Sequence record: MN850576.1
Length of the DNA stretch: 64,000 nucleotides
From: Escherichia phage ime
Direction: 5' to 3' (one strand)
Shown here: positions 33,059 to 43,491 of the stretch, in pieces
Layout: every line of letters begins with the position of its first letter
Position numbering within the stretch: the first letter of the stretch is position 1
Position numbers and translations under genes: made by a program
The notes under the pieces: model-generated
Told to the model about the DNA's origin: nothing
Seen by the model: the letters and a program-made list of their open reading frames with translations, nothing else
The model's database searches: none

Positions 33059-36000
33059 TCAGATATTCTCTTCCCCTGCAAAAGGTGAGTCAGCAAACTG
33101 ATAGTGCAGAGCGATCTCAAAAGGATGTGTGGATGTCCCGTTTTCTGCAAGAACTTGTTTACCTATCAGGTCGCACTTAATGATCATCACAACACGTTTG
33201 TATCCGTTTGTTACCGGAATTTGCATGGACATGGATGTCCCATCCATGTTTGATCTCAGTGCAGTCATGATGATATAAGGGTCAACTGCATTGCCCAAAG
33301 TCTCAGGACCGGGGATTATCTTATACTTCTTGACCTGCCCCATGATGTAGTCACTTGCGTAAGTTGCCTCATTCAAGCAAGATCCCCCACCAGGTAACTC
33401 ACCAGGTCCCCAGAAAAATGCGCCGTAACAGTTGTAGAACCACTTGTTAGGATCGTATTTATTCTTGAAGGTCTGAACCTCGTTGGCCTGTTTTGTCAAG
33501 AAAACCTGCGTGTCTGTGAAGATTGCAGGGTTTACTCTCGCCTGTCTTGGAGGGTAACCTGTAGTTTGGTTAAACCACAAATTACAAGAGTAATCCCTCA
33601 TATAGTCATAATCAGAGTATTTGTTTACATCTTCGTTCCAACACATGTTTAGGTTGGTACCGCCCATGCATACAATATATTCTGCGACATACTTATCACT
33701 TCTGGTAGGAATACCTATGAACCATCTGTTAACAGGCTCATCCCAAGCTGTGCGCTCATCTTTAACGCAGATAGCAATCCAGTCATGTGTTCCTGTTTTC
33801 TTGCACACATCTCGCTTCATGCCATAGTAGAACTCTTTAGTATTCGGCTCAGGTGCATTTATCAGGTAACTCCATGCCTGATTTGCATAAGTTCCATTGG
33901 TGCGTGGATCATGATCAAAGGCATACATGATGATCCTTTCCCCACCAAGATGTTCGCCAAGAGTAACTTTGACATTCACATCGCCGTAACCATTGCGAAC
34001 AACATCCATATTATCAATAGAGATACCTCTGGGCGTGTAGGCAATTTTCAGCGAGTTATCTTCACTAGTGCCGCCAAGTGTAATCCCTATGTTGTTTGTT
34101 GTCCCGTCGACATATCTTACTGTAGCTTCCCAGCGTATTCCGAAATATCCTGCATCATGGCTGACAATTTTCAGTGTACGAGCTCCCGGGTGAGGTTTTC
34201 CAGGATCAGGCCAAGGGTCTGGGTGTTCGTGAACAGTCAACGACGTTCCGTTCTGCTCATTAACCTGCAACATTTTACCACCCTTGCCATTAGGATTGAA
34301 CTCCCACAAGGCTTGTGTTTTCACAATATTGTCATACGTGGCGCGTCTTTGATCGTAGATCTCTTGGGTCACATCATAAGTGACTGATCCAGCATCCATT
34401 CTGTGGAGTCTGACCATATACGATGTATCCCCTTCTACTGCAGGTTGGGTCCCATTCAGCCCAAAGTATACAGTATCGTTAACATGGAACTGCTTGTTTC
34501 TACCAACGGTATGCCACTTGCCGTTGGACGGATACGCAGGAACTATGGTGTTCCAGTTCAAAGTCCTTGTCGTGTGAGTTCTGCCTGTGCCATGCTTGTC
34601 ATGATAGGTTATTTTTACAGAGTACAGGCCACGTCTGTTAACATTTCTGTTATACTGGGTAACAACAACTTCGTTGGCCCCGCCGTGGTTCCAGTTGGTG
34701 GAGAATTGGTAATTTGCATCTGTAACAACCGTACCTGCAGCATTCACCAGTTCAATCTTGTCAATGATGAACGTAGCTCCCTCTGGCTGAGGCTTCAATT
34801 TCATCTTGACCGTGTCACCAATGTAGATATTGCTAACACTACTAACACCATTAACGTCGAAAATATCATCAACGCCCCAACTGTCTACTGGGACATTTTT
34901 ATACCAATTCTCAGGAACCTCTGTGAACCCCTGACTATTAAGTCTGCCGCCAAACAGGTTATTAGAGCCTGCAAAACTTCCCCTTGGGATGCCTGACCAC
35001 CAAAGTTTGCCATTAACAACAGTAAAGGTCCCTAAGAAACCTTCTCTGTGGATACCCTGGAAATAAACACTTTCTGTCCAGCTTACTGGCATCCGTTGCT
35101 CGACGTATTTAGCCGTAGCCAGAGCCTGATAGTGAATAAAATTAGCCCTAGGACTGTTGTTTGCAGATTGTGCACCAATATCATTGCACAGATTGCGAGA
35201 GAAGCCACGATACTGTTTGGTGCCATTATTGAAGAAAATGCCACTTGTGCCGTATCCACGAGCCATTATCACCTCATGGGTGTAGGTGATATTTAAGGAA
35301 CGCCATGTGTCATCTCCCCAGACGTCTTGCCCGTAGAATACGTTAACAAGCTGTTGGTCATCAGGTTTGTGCATCCTTTCTGTGGCTATAATTGCACCAT
35401 TAGGTCCACACATGAACCCTTTCCATGTCTCGCCCACCGGGATGCCTTTAAACTGGTCAAGAGTCACATGCTCGGCTGGATAAACTAGTGTGTTTTTGCT
35501 GTTATTTCTTAAGAAATCGTAACCTGCAATCCAGAATCCGTTAGGACCACCAAAAATAACCGAGTTGTCATGCACCTCGCAGTTGATGCTTGGGTTTTTC
35601 CAAGGGCCTGTTTCAGGATTTTCCGATGTCTCGCCGATCTTTACGGGAGTTGCATGCTGATTTTTATCTACATGCAAAGATCCGTAGGTGTTGTTACCAG
35701 ACCCATACAGGTTCAGTATGCCAGTGCCTTCTGCCTCTGCAATAACCCAGACAGTGTTGTTAATACCACCCATCACCTCAACAAGGCGTTCTGGGTGGGT
35801 GTCAAGGTGCAATCCTTTAACAATCTGCTCTGGGAGTGGTGTCCACTCGTTTACGCAAACATCATTACCGCCTGCCGCAGTGGATCCGATAAGACCTGCA
35901 GTGCAGCCGATGTAGAAAAACTGGTTATCAAAAGTCCGGATCACAAACGCGCGGTCTGCTCTCCACACATGATCAACATTCCAGGCTGTTTCGCTCGGAT

Positions 36001-36226
36001 AGTTTATAGGGCTACGATCCCCAGTGCGGCACTCTCCGAACTTGTTATAGCCAGTAATATTAAGCTGACCATCATCAAAAAGTATAGCTAAGCTATTTAC
36101 ATAGGATACTGTGTTGCTTGTACCATCACTGTTGTCTATTGGGTATGACAGAACAGCAAGTTCCTTAATTCCACCCCTCTTATCGAGGAAATGACGACCA
36201 AGTTTTAGCAAAGGGATTGGAAGCAT
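33059..36226 (-). CDS. putative tail fibre / host-recognition protein (1055 aa)
   Basis: Very large G/N/T/W-rich ORF in the fibre cluster; no enzymatic motif recognised. Confidence 0.5.
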   Translation of the reverse strand: MLPIPLLKLGRHFLDKRGGIKELAVLSYPIDNSDGTSNTVSYVNSLAILFDDGQLNITGYNKFGECRTGDRSPINYPSETAWNVDHVWRADRAFVIRTFDNQFFYIGCTAGLIGSTAAGGNDVCVNEWTPLPEQIVKGLHLDTHPERLVEVMGGINNTVWVIAEAEGTGILNLYGSGNNTYGSLHVDKNQHATPVKIGETSENPETGPWKNPSINCEVHDNSVIFGGPNGFWIAGYDFLRNNSKNTLVYPAEHVTLDQFKGIPVGETWKGFMCGPNGAIIATERMHKPDDQQLVNVFYGQDVWGDDTWRSLNITYTHEVIMARGYGTSGIFFNNGTKQYRGFSRNLCNDIGAQSANNSPRANFIHYQALATAKYVEQRMPVSWTESVYFQGIHREGFLGTFTVVNGKLWWSGIPRGSFAGSNNLFGGRLNSQGFTEVPENWYKNVPVDSWGVDDIFDVNGVSSVSNIYIGDTVKMKLKPQPEGATFIIDKIELVNAAGTVVTDANYQFSTNWNHGGANEVVVTQYNRNVNRRGLYSVKITYHDKHGTGRTHTTRTLNWNTIVPAYPSNGKWHTVGRNKQFHVNDTVYFGLNGTQPAVEGDTSYMVRLHRMDAGSVTYDVTQEIYDQRRATYDNIVKTQALWEFNPNGKGGKMLQVNEQNGTSLTVHEHPDPWPDPGKPHPGARTLKIVSHDAGYFGIRWEATVRYVDGTTNNIGITLGGTSEDNSLKIAYTPRGISIDNMDVVRNGYGDVNVKVTLGEHLGGERIIMYAFDHDPRTNGTYANQAWSYLINAPEPNTKEFYYGMKRDVCKKTGTHDWIAICVKDERTAWDEPVNRWFIGIPTRSDKYVAEYIVCMGGTNLNMCWNEDVNKYSDYDYMRDYSCNLWFNQTTGYPPRQARVNPAIFTDTQVFLTKQANEVQTFKNKYDPNKWFYNCYGAFFWGPGELPGGGSCLNEATYASDYIMGQVKKYKIIPGPETLGNAVDPYIIMTALRSNMDGTSMSMQIPVTNGYKRVVMIIKCDLIGKQVLAENGTSTHPFEIALHYQFADSPFAGEENI

Positions 36227-36240
36227 TGTGTTCTCCAGAT

Positions 36241-36267
36241 AAGAAAACCGCCCCGTCAGGAGCGGTT
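36241..36267 (-). terminator. putative rho-independent terminator (minus strand)
   Basis: Hairpin AACCGC...GCGGUU followed by UUUUCUU on the minus strand, between the 581-aa and 1055-aa genes. Confidence 0.4.
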
Positions 36268-36274
36268 AGATATA

Positions 36275-38020
36275 TTAACGTTGTGCAATTACTACGTCTA
36301 CGATATCACCAACACCACAATACGTTAATTGCAGCAAGGTAACACTGTTAGCCTTGTTGTTAATAACAGGTGTTGCCGACAGGATAGCATACTTATCGTG
36401 CAAAGTCACGTTGTGACCTACAGCATCCTGAATTACATAGATAACCGCAGTGAATGGATAAGGTTTATCTTCCGCTGATGTCCCAGGCCACTGTCCTATT
36501 GTAAAATCCCCTTTCGCGTGAACAACATACATACTGGCCTGCCCGTTAGGTGTCCATGTCCCACTGGACGCGTCAACCTCCTCTAAATCAAAATCTACCT
36601 TTCCTGCGTGGAAAGTAGGGGCAGTAATGGTTTTACCCGCCTCAATTTCTTGAGAGGTGGTTATCTTGCCACTGGAGTTAATGCCATTACAGACAAAGTT
36701 GACATTAGAGAAGTCAGGCAACCACCCAGTCACCGTGCCGGATATTTCAAGGTTGTGAACAGAGGTGGTGCCAGTCCCTGCTGCGTTTAAACTGACATCT
36801 CCATTTACCTGCAAGTTGCGGGTAACGTTGCAGTTTTCAGAGTTTGCAGTTGTTGCAGTTAAAGTGGTTGTTGTCAGCTCGGTAATTACACCTTTGTTGG
36901 CTGTAAGCCCTTCTCCTTCAAAAGTTGCACGCTCATTGACTCTTAAGGTATTCAGAGCTATGTTTTGGATAGAGGCCGTACCTCGAATAACTACAGACCC
37001 GCCAACCTCCAAATCGCCATTTATCAATGCATCACCAGTGCTTTCAATATAGCTAGGGTAGATCATGGTGCCATCGACAGAGTATGTTATCCCTGTAACG
37101 GTACCTGTCACCTCAAGGTTCTTAACCCTGGTGGTCCCATCTACCTGCAATGTCGGTTCGGTTGCTGCCTTCATGGCATTACCACGAATGTACACGTAGT
37201 CAAAAAAGTTATTACCCAGACCATCAAAATGCACATCGTTATTATTAGCCACTGGTTTCCCAGAAGTTATAGTGTCAGCTATAACCCTGTGGGTGGACAC
37301 TTCATGAGGTTGCAGCTCTGTACTTCTCCAGTCTGCATGCTTAGGATCGCTCCACGCAAAAGTAAGTGTAGAAGTATTTGCCGTGAGGATTAGATTCCTA
37401 AAGCGTGCAGTAGAATCTGCCCCATTAACAGGTCCATGTAAGGTAAGGGTGCCACCAACTATAGTGTTAGCGAGTTCTGTAAGACCTTTTACCACCAAAG
37501 ACCCTACAGTAACTTTCATCCCCTCCATGGCTTTAAATATGCTATCAACATAGTCAACAACAAACTCTGTGTTTGCTATGGACTCTGACTTATCGTCCAT
37601 TGGAGGTGTAGGTACTCGTGGGTCACCTTCGAACCTCGGGCTGTTAAGTTTTGCGTAGTATTTTGCCATTACTGCAGAGTCGGTATATAATCTCCAGTTT
37701 GGAGATTGTGAAGGATCTGCTGGCATTCTAACCGGGTTAGATTTTGATGCTGCGGGAGCGTACCACCACTGAGGGCCTGTGTCCCCTTTAAACTCGTACA
37801 GCTGGTTAAAAACTGTTGTGGATGCACCATACGCCCAAGGGATCGGTGGCGTTTTAAAATAAAGGGTGTCAAGCATGGCTTTTCGTACCGTAGGGATGGT
37901 GGTCCCATCCTCTACGACAACTTCATCCACAGCGTTACCGTTGACAACCAAGTGCAAACGTTCAGAATCAACAATTACTTGATCTACCGCCTGCTCAAAG
38001 CTTGTCATGTCTTGCGCCAT
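36275..38020 (-). CDS. tail fibre protein (581 aa)
   Basis: Beta-rich repetitive sequence (GxxTGT-type repeats, LTATTANSENCNVT); lies in the tail-fibre cluster. Confidence 0.55.
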   Translation of the reverse strand: MAQDMTSFEQAVDQVIVDSERLHLVVNGNAVDEVVVEDGTTIPTVRKAMLDTLYFKTPPIPWAYGASTTVFNQLYEFKGDTGPQWWYAPAASKSNPVRMPADPSQSPNWRLYTDSAVMAKYYAKLNSPRFEGDPRVPTPPMDDKSESIANTEFVVDYVDSIFKAMEGMKVTVGSLVVKGLTELANTIVGGTLTLHGPVNGADSTARFRNLILTANTSTLTFAWSDPKHADWRSTELQPHEVSTHRVIADTITSGKPVANNNDVHFDGLGNNFFDYVYIRGNAMKAATEPTLQVDGTTRVKNLEVTGTVTGITYSVDGTMIYPSYIESTGDALINGDLEVGGSVVIRGTASIQNIALNTLRVNERATFEGEGLTANKGVITELTTTTLTATTANSENCNVTRNLQVNGDVSLNAAGTGTTSVHNLEISGTVTGWLPDFSNVNFVCNGINSSGKITTSQEIEAGKTITAPTFHAGKVDFDLEEVDASSGTWTPNGQASMYVVHAKGDFTIGQWPGTSAEDKPYPFTAVIYVIQDAVGHNVTLHDKYAILSATPVINNKANSVTLLQLTYCGVGDIVDVVIAQR

Positions 38021-38029
38021 GATTTCTCC

Positions 38030-38296
38030 TTAAGCTTTTTGCTCTTCGTTTTTAACGTGGTCAGGGTGCTGGCAACCCCACCGGAGCGAGATGAATTTGC
38101 TAATAAGCTGGGGGCAAGCTACTGAAGGCGCGTATATCCACGCATACCATTCAGGAAGCGTATCATTATACCCCATATGAATAAACACCCCAGTCATCAC
38201 CGCCATGCCTATGTTCGACCATAGCTTAGATTGGGATACTTTCGTAGGGTCATCAGATGCCGCAACCAGTCCCCATAAAAACTGAGTTAGTTTCAT
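38030..38296 (-). CDS. small membrane protein (holin-like candidate)
   Basis: 88 aa; two or three hydrophobic segments and a charged C-terminus (KNEEQKA). Confidence 0.35.
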   Translation of the reverse strand: MKLTQFLWGLVAASDDPTKVSQSKLWSNIGMAVMTGVFIHMGYNDTLPEWYAWIYAPSVACPQLISKFISLRWGCQHPDHVKNEEQKA

Positions 38297-38307
38297 TTAC
38301 CCTCTTT

Positions 38308-39354
38308 TTAAGCATAAGATATAGTGATCCATTGACCGTTTACAAGTTTTTGGATAGCACCTGTCCAGTAATCACCTTGATAAGGGTGTTTATAAGCGTA
38401 GTTACCAGAGCACATCACATGTCCAGGGTAGACTCTTGACTCTCTGTAGGTGGTTTTGAAACGGTTCGCTATCCTTACATCGTCAACCCCTCTACTGGGC
38501 ATAGGGACAGTAAGGTTACCACTACCGTCTGCGCTGTTACCGTTTACCCTGCGGACCACGTTTCTTCCACCAACGGTTGCATATTGGCCTCTAACGGTTT
38601 CATCGTTACAATCAACTCTTCCACCTATTTGAGCGCTTCCGCAGGATTGTTGTCCGTTAACAGTGGCTCTTGGTATCGTGACCGCATTGGCATTTGCAGA
38701 GGAACTTTTTGCATCGTTGCATTCAAGATTTCCTTGGATAGCCAGTCTTGCACGGTTGGCAGTTATAGCATTGAGCTTCATAGCCGAAAACACAGGCTGC
38801 CCACCAGAAGGTTGAAATCTCCAACGGAACCCGTCTATTTGGTGAGAAGGATCATCAAGGTCTGTGCCGTCAGCACCACCGATGTTGTCCATAATCCAGA
38901 AGTCCATCGTCGTCTTGTCTGGAGTTATGGTGGTATATATTGCCGCATTGTCTGTTGACGCAGATGCAAACTCGATTCTTTGAAGGCCTAAAGTTTGAGT
39001 CTGAGTCATTATGTCTCCAGACTTGTCAACATACAGATCGTCCATTTCTTCAGGCGAGTATACATTGAGAACTTGACGTGCAGCAGCTTTGTCTGGAACG
39101 TCTGCTAGATTATTAGTGACCCTTAAGAATCTATTATCCCATCCTGGGACAACATCTTCTGTTAAATGCTTTAACCACGCAGAAAGCATGTGAAGTTCAA
39201 AGTTAACAACTTCACATGCCACTCTTTGTGTCATATCCCAACCTTTCAATCTCTCTTCTTTTTTTGGTTGAGACTTATTCAACTCTCCCGTATTTTCAAG
39301 CACAACATCCTGATTGGCCCAAATATCAAGAGGGATAACTGGTTTAGTCATCAC
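38308..39354 (-). CDS. tail fibre protein, paralog B
   Basis: 348 aa; paralogous to 40366..41406, with identical C-terminal motif QKLVNGQWIT and shared PLDIWA / GDxMTG / LGLQRI motifs. Confidence 0.65.
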   Translation of the reverse strand: MMTKPVIPLDIWANQDVVLENTGELNKSQPKKEERLKGWDMTQRVACEVVNFELHMLSAWLKHLTEDVVPGWDNRFLRVTNNLADVPDKAAARQVLNVYSPEEMDDLYVDKSGDIMTQTQTLGLQRIEFASASTDNAAIYTTITPDKTTMDFWIMDNIGGADGTDLDDPSHQIDGFRWRFQPSGGQPVFSAMKLNAITANRARLAIQGNLECNDAKSSSANANAVTIPRATVNGQQSCGSAQIGGRVDCNDETVRGQYATVGGRNVVRRVNGNSADGSGNLTVPMPSRGVDDVRIANRFKTTYRESRVYPGHVMCSGNYAYKHPYQGDYWTGAIQKLVNGQWITISYA

Positions 39355-39400
39355 GTTCTCCTGAGAAAATTCCTTAGGACTATTTTAACACTTTAGGGAA

Positions 39401-39430
39401 CAAAATGCAAGAACGGAGTCCTTTCCGTTC
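39401..39430 (-). terminator. possible terminator (weak)
   Basis: Hairpin GAACGG...CCGUUC with an interrupted U-run on the minus strand, downstream of the 104-aa gene. Confidence 0.3.
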
Positions 39431-39440
39431 TGACCTTTGT

Positions 39441-39755
39441 TTACCTTTTACTATGCTCTACGAGCATGTGCAAAATCTTTTGTACATCGGCTCTGATGCC
39501 TGAGACATCTGTCCTGACATCCTGCTTAAGGTCGTTAATATCGGCCTCTAGCTTGCTTAACCGGGTCTCTATAACGGAATCAAGTTTATCTTTTGTAACC
39601 ATACTGTTTTTCACTAAGATGAGGTCTTTCTCCAGCTCATCCAACCTCTTGGAAATGCCTTTCCATTTGGTGTGCCACTGGTTGAAAGCCCATACACAGA
39701 TCGGGACAACGGTGCCCATGCAGATACCGTACAATGCCGCCAAATCCAACTCCAC
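39441..39755 (-). CDS. membrane-anchored coiled-coil protein (i-spanin-like or fibre-associated candidate)
   Basis: 104 aa; N-terminal transmembrane helix LAALYGICMGTVVPICVWAF followed by heptad-like coiled coil. Confidence 0.35.
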   Translation of the reverse strand: MELDLAALYGICMGTVVPICVWAFNQWHTKWKGISKRLDELEKDLILVKNSMVTKDKLDSVIETRLSKLEADINDLKQDVRTDVSGIRADVQKILHMLVEHSKR

Positions 39756-39766
39756 AACACCTCCTC

Positions 39767-40351
39767 TTAGAGGGTAGGTCGCTCCGGGAAGAAAATGTCA
39801 GGGGCTTTAGATGTATCTATTTCAAGAAGTTTTACCCTGTACATTTTCAAATCTCTGATGTTACGTTTCTGGTCATCAGTAAGATCATATTCAAGGTCAA
39901 TCATGTCTTGATAGGCACCAATTCTAGCAGTAGCCCAAGCAAGTTCTGTCTCTATGACACCCTCTGCCTGTTGAACAAAGAATTCATTGTCTGTGACAAA
40001 TTCATCACCAACTAAACGCAAAGCGTCGTGGTGAAGCATAATGTTTTCTGGTACCTCTTCTTTTTTGGCGATAACCACACGAAGACCTGGAGCAGGCCAT
40101 AAGGCATCAGGTTCTTCTGTAGATGTCTTAAGAATTCCCTTCTCGTCAACAAGTAGGAAGATACACCCTGGATTTTCTTGTCGTAATGTTCGTGACTGCA
40201 CATACCAATCACCATCATCATTACGTAAAAAATACCCAGTGTATGCGGTGTAATCCTCGACCTCTTGAGGGGTCAGCTCCTTGGTTTCCTTGTTGGAGTG
40301 GTATTCGCCAGATCCCGGTTGGTAAAGTTTAAACTCTTGAAGTATTTTCAT
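39767..40351 (-). CDS. tail fibre assembly chaperone (Tfa-like)
   Basis: 194 aa; C-terminal ...LKMYRVKLLEIDTSKAPDIFFPERP resembles the conserved Tfa C-terminus as I recall it; located between two fibre paralogs. Confidence 0.55.
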   Translation of the reverse strand: MKILQEFKLYQPGSGEYHSNKETKELTPQEVEDYTAYTGYFLRNDDGDWYVQSRTLRQENPGCIFLLVDEKGILKTSTEEPDALWPAPGLRVVIAKKEEVPENIMLHHDALRLVGDEFVTDNEFFVQQAEGVIETELAWATARIGAYQDMIDLEYDLTDDQKRNIRDLKMYRVKLLEIDTSKAPDIFFPERPTL

Positions 40352-40365
40352 GCTAGTCCTCCGAT

Positions 40366-41406
40366 CTATGCATAATTAACAGTGATCCATTGACCATTTA
40401 CAAGTTTTTGTAAAGGTCCTGCCCAGTAGGTTGAACCACGCATCTCTTTTTTGTCACCGAAATGCCAGCCTGTGACAACGTATCCGTTGCGGATTGGAGA
40501 TTCAGAAACGCCGTCCACAAGTCTTGCACCGATTCTGATGTCTTGCACACCTGTCTGCGGGATAGTGATCGTTACATCACCGTTACCGTTAGCCGTCACT
40601 CCATTCACGGAGCGCACCACATTTCTGTTACCGACAACACAGTGCTGGCTTCTTACAACCATACTGTCACAACTTGCACCACCATTGACATATACTGACC
40701 CAGCCGTCAACTGACTGGCCACATTACAGTTGGTGAATGTTGCTGTATTGCTGATAGTAAGGTTATTGCACCTCATGTTATCGACAACTTCAACATTGCC
40801 TACCACTTTCAACAGCGCACGATTAGCCGTGATCGCGTTAAGGTACATCAAAGTGAACTCTGGATTAATATCCGGCTGAGTTGGCTGGAATCTCCAACGA
40901 AACGCATCTACTGTAGATGTACCACCATCATCAAACGACCCGGTATTATCACTTAACCCAAAGTCGAGGGTTGTCTTATCTGGGCCAATAGTTGTCTCTA
41001 TCCAAGCCTTATCTGTCTCGGCAGCTTTAAAGTTGATACGTTGCAACCCCAAGGGGCCTGTCATTGTATCACCTGTAACTTTTACATACCTGGCGTCTGC
41101 CTCTTCCTTAGTGATAATCCCAAGGTTTCTACGGGCAACAGGAATGTTCAAAAGATCGCTCAAGTTATTATCACGTACCAGATAACGGCCTTCTTGAGCT
41201 GGGATCTGCTCGTCAGCAATGTATTTTGCCCAAGTCCCGAGCATATTGAAAATATAGTTAAGTTCTTCACATGAGGGCTTTTGACCAAGATCCCAACCTT
41301 TTCTCCACAAATCATCAATCGGGCGTAGCCTGTTCTGTCTGTGGGTGTTAGGCAGAACCTGATCCTCCTCTGCCCAAATCTCTAATGGAAAACTAGGTTT
41401 TGACAT
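40366..41406 (-). CDS. tail fibre protein, paralog A
   Basis: 346 aa; paralog of 38308..39354. Confidence 0.65.
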   Translation of the reverse strand: MSKPSFPLEIWAEEDQVLPNTHRQNRLRPIDDLWRKGWDLGQKPSCEELNYIFNMLGTWAKYIADEQIPAQEGRYLVRDNNLSDLLNIPVARRNLGIITKEEADARYVKVTGDTMTGPLGLQRINFKAAETDKAWIETTIGPDKTTLDFGLSDNTGSFDDGGTSTVDAFRWRFQPTQPDINPEFTLMYLNAITANRALLKVVGNVEVVDNMRCNNLTISNTATFTNCNVASQLTAGSVYVNGGASCDSMVVRSQHCVVGNRNVVRSVNGVTANGNGDVTITIPQTGVQDIRIGARLVDGVSESPIRNGYVVTGWHFGDKKEMRGSTYWAGPLQKLVNGQWITVNYA

Positions 41407-41418
41407 TTTATCTCCTGA

Positions 41419-43491
41419 TTATGAGAAGTCTGGCGGGACAACATCTTCTACATACCCTTTCAGAGCAACCTGCCCCATATGAAGCACGGTAGAATCTCTA
41501 GCGGTAACAGTGATGCTGTCAGACATTACTTGCGGGTATGCCCACACATACTGTTTTACCTCAGGATATCTATACTCTATAGTTGCCATGTTTCCGCAAA
41601 TACATCTCCATAAAAATTCTTGGTAATTCCTGGTTGGGTCGTAACCATATACCGGAGCAAGCTCTTTACTAGGAACGAACCCTGCAAGGTATTGTATTTC
41701 AGACGGTTGCCAACCTAACTTAACGATAGGTATGTTTACAGACTCTTTTGCCTTTTCAATACCTCCCTGCATCACCCAATCGTAGCACTCGGTGCAGAAG
41801 AAATCAAGAGCACCTGCTTCCTTTTTATATTGGTCAGCAAGGTTAAGCTTTTGCGTAAGCTCGGTTTCCATAATGGTTGGGAAAAACAGCAGAGCTGTCA
41901 TCTGAGCTGATGCAGCGTGTGCCTTTATTGCCTTTGAAATAGCCGCAATACGAGCGCCAAGCTTACCACGACAAAATGCTACATACTTATCGTAAACACC
42001 GCCAGTTTTAGGATCGTCAATAGTCCCAATATCTAATGCATACTCGCCTGTCTCATCATAAAACGCCTGTTTTGTAGGGTAATCATAAATACAAGGTCTA
42101 CGAGTATCGGTATTGTACCACCACCACGGTTCACCAACCTGCATAATCACTGGCAGGTTGTTTCTCATAGCGGCTGATGCAAAATTCTTAAATACTGCAG
42201 TAAGGAAATTCATACCCTCTTCAATGGTTGGAGACAGGAGGTAGCTACAAGGTGTATACCCTGTTTTAGCGTAGTTATCGTTCCAGTCTCTTTGGGTCCA
42301 TTCCAACGGGCAGGCATCGCTGAAAAGCTCAAAACTTACAGATTGCATAACGTCGAAGTTATGTCGTTTGGCATTGTACATAAAATCATCATGCCATTTA
42401 TAAGCTGCAGCGTTTAGCGCTCCTGTTCTGTTTATAGACCATTGGGTTCCTGACCATGTGTAGTCATAATAATGACTCATACCAACATAATGGTTTATGG
42501 TTCCGGTATAGCCCAGACGCTTGATATTGTTCAACACCCTTAAAGGAGACACGTTCCACATATCATCATATGCGGTGCAGATCCCAACATCGTGCTCTCT
42601 CACCTGGATATTGTTAAGTTGCATCATTTTCCAGCCTGTGTCTGGCTGAAGCAGATCTAGGCGCAACTCACACTCTACATTTTCCGTTCTCGGGTCTGTG
42701 CTATTACTTACCCAGTCTTTAGGCATAAGCGGTATTAAAATCCTTCTCACCTGCCGAGGATCAACACCCATCATGCTGTTGTTCTGGTCCATCCCGACGC
42801 AGTCCTCAAAATCAATATGAATTTCTGCAACATTCTTATCCTCTGAGATGCTGACAGCATATTGAGCTAAAGGAACATAGATGATTGTGCCATCAACAAG
42901 GTCTACAGTCATAATCATCTTTTCAGGAGTGGAGAAGTTGCTGGCGTTGGTTATTGACATTCTGAACCAGAGCTTGGTGTTTCTCATCTCATAATGATCA
43001 TCAAACCCAATGCCGAAATGGTCATACTTGTCAACTGTTTCCCAAATGCACCCAGCCATACCTCCATATGTTCTTGACACTAAACGGTTAATACAACAGT
43101 TGTTATCTGCAACAATACAGGTACTTTCAGTCTGCTGAGTAGTTGTAACCCAATATCTTGGGTGGAACATTCTCTCCTCAACAGTATCCCAAGATATCCT
43201 GTCGAGATTCTCATCTGAAACTATTGTACATTTCGCCCTTTGTGTTCCAATCATTACCCCTTGGGATTTTGATGAAAACTCCATAAAGAAGCTTCTTGGT
43301 AACCTGTTGGGTAATTTGTCAACAATTTCCACGGGGATCTCAACACTGGTTGCCCCAATTGGGATAGTTACATCGCCCTCAACATGATTATAATCTCTAC
43401 CAGGAACGGCAGTATCCTGAACTGTTCGGTAATGAAACTGTGCAGCCATTGTAGAGTAATCACGGTAAGGTTTAAAAACAGCTGTTGCCAT
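41419..43491 (-). CDS. structural protein with N-terminal Calx-beta-like domain
   Basis: 690 aa; DYNHVEGDVTIPIGATSVEIPVEIVD fits the Calx-beta signature. Confidence 0.45.
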   Translation of the reverse strand: MATAVFKPYRDYSTMAAQFHYRTVQDTAVPGRDYNHVEGDVTIPIGATSVEIPVEIVDKLPNRLPRSFFMEFSSKSQGVMIGTQRAKCTIVSDENLDRISWDTVEERMFHPRYWVTTTQQTESTCIVADNNCCINRLVSRTYGGMAGCIWETVDKYDHFGIGFDDHYEMRNTKLWFRMSITNASNFSTPEKMIMTVDLVDGTIIYVPLAQYAVSISEDKNVAEIHIDFEDCVGMDQNNSMMGVDPRQVRRILIPLMPKDWVSNSTDPRTENVECELRLDLLQPDTGWKMMQLNNIQVREHDVGICTAYDDMWNVSPLRVLNNIKRLGYTGTINHYVGMSHYYDYTWSGTQWSINRTGALNAAAYKWHDDFMYNAKRHNFDVMQSVSFELFSDACPLEWTQRDWNDNYAKTGYTPCSYLLSPTIEEGMNFLTAVFKNFASAAMRNNLPVIMQVGEPWWWYNTDTRRPCIYDYPTKQAFYDETGEYALDIGTIDDPKTGGVYDKYVAFCRGKLGARIAAISKAIKAHAASAQMTALLFFPTIMETELTQKLNLADQYKKEAGALDFFCTECYDWVMQGGIEKAKESVNIPIVKLGWQPSEIQYLAGFVPSKELAPVYGYDPTRNYQEFLWRCICGNMATIEYRYPEVKQYVWAYPQVMSDSITVTARDSTVLHMGQVALKGYVEDVVPPDFS

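Noticed and set aside
33031-33150. First 40 codons of the ORF-track model for the 852-aa fibre gene
   Set aside because: They overlap the end of the 1055-aa gene by 91 nt in another frame, and no RBS precedes the ATG at 33150; a downstream start was preferred.
33621-37393. Plus-strand ORFs of 60-200 aa inside the large minus-strand fibre genes (for example 33785-34387, 34403-34996, 35570-36091)
   Set aside because: They lie antisense within long, well-supported structural genes, have low-complexity or Cys/Ser-rich skew typical of antisense frames, and lack RBS; treated as spurious. The same applies to the other antisense ORFs in the track.
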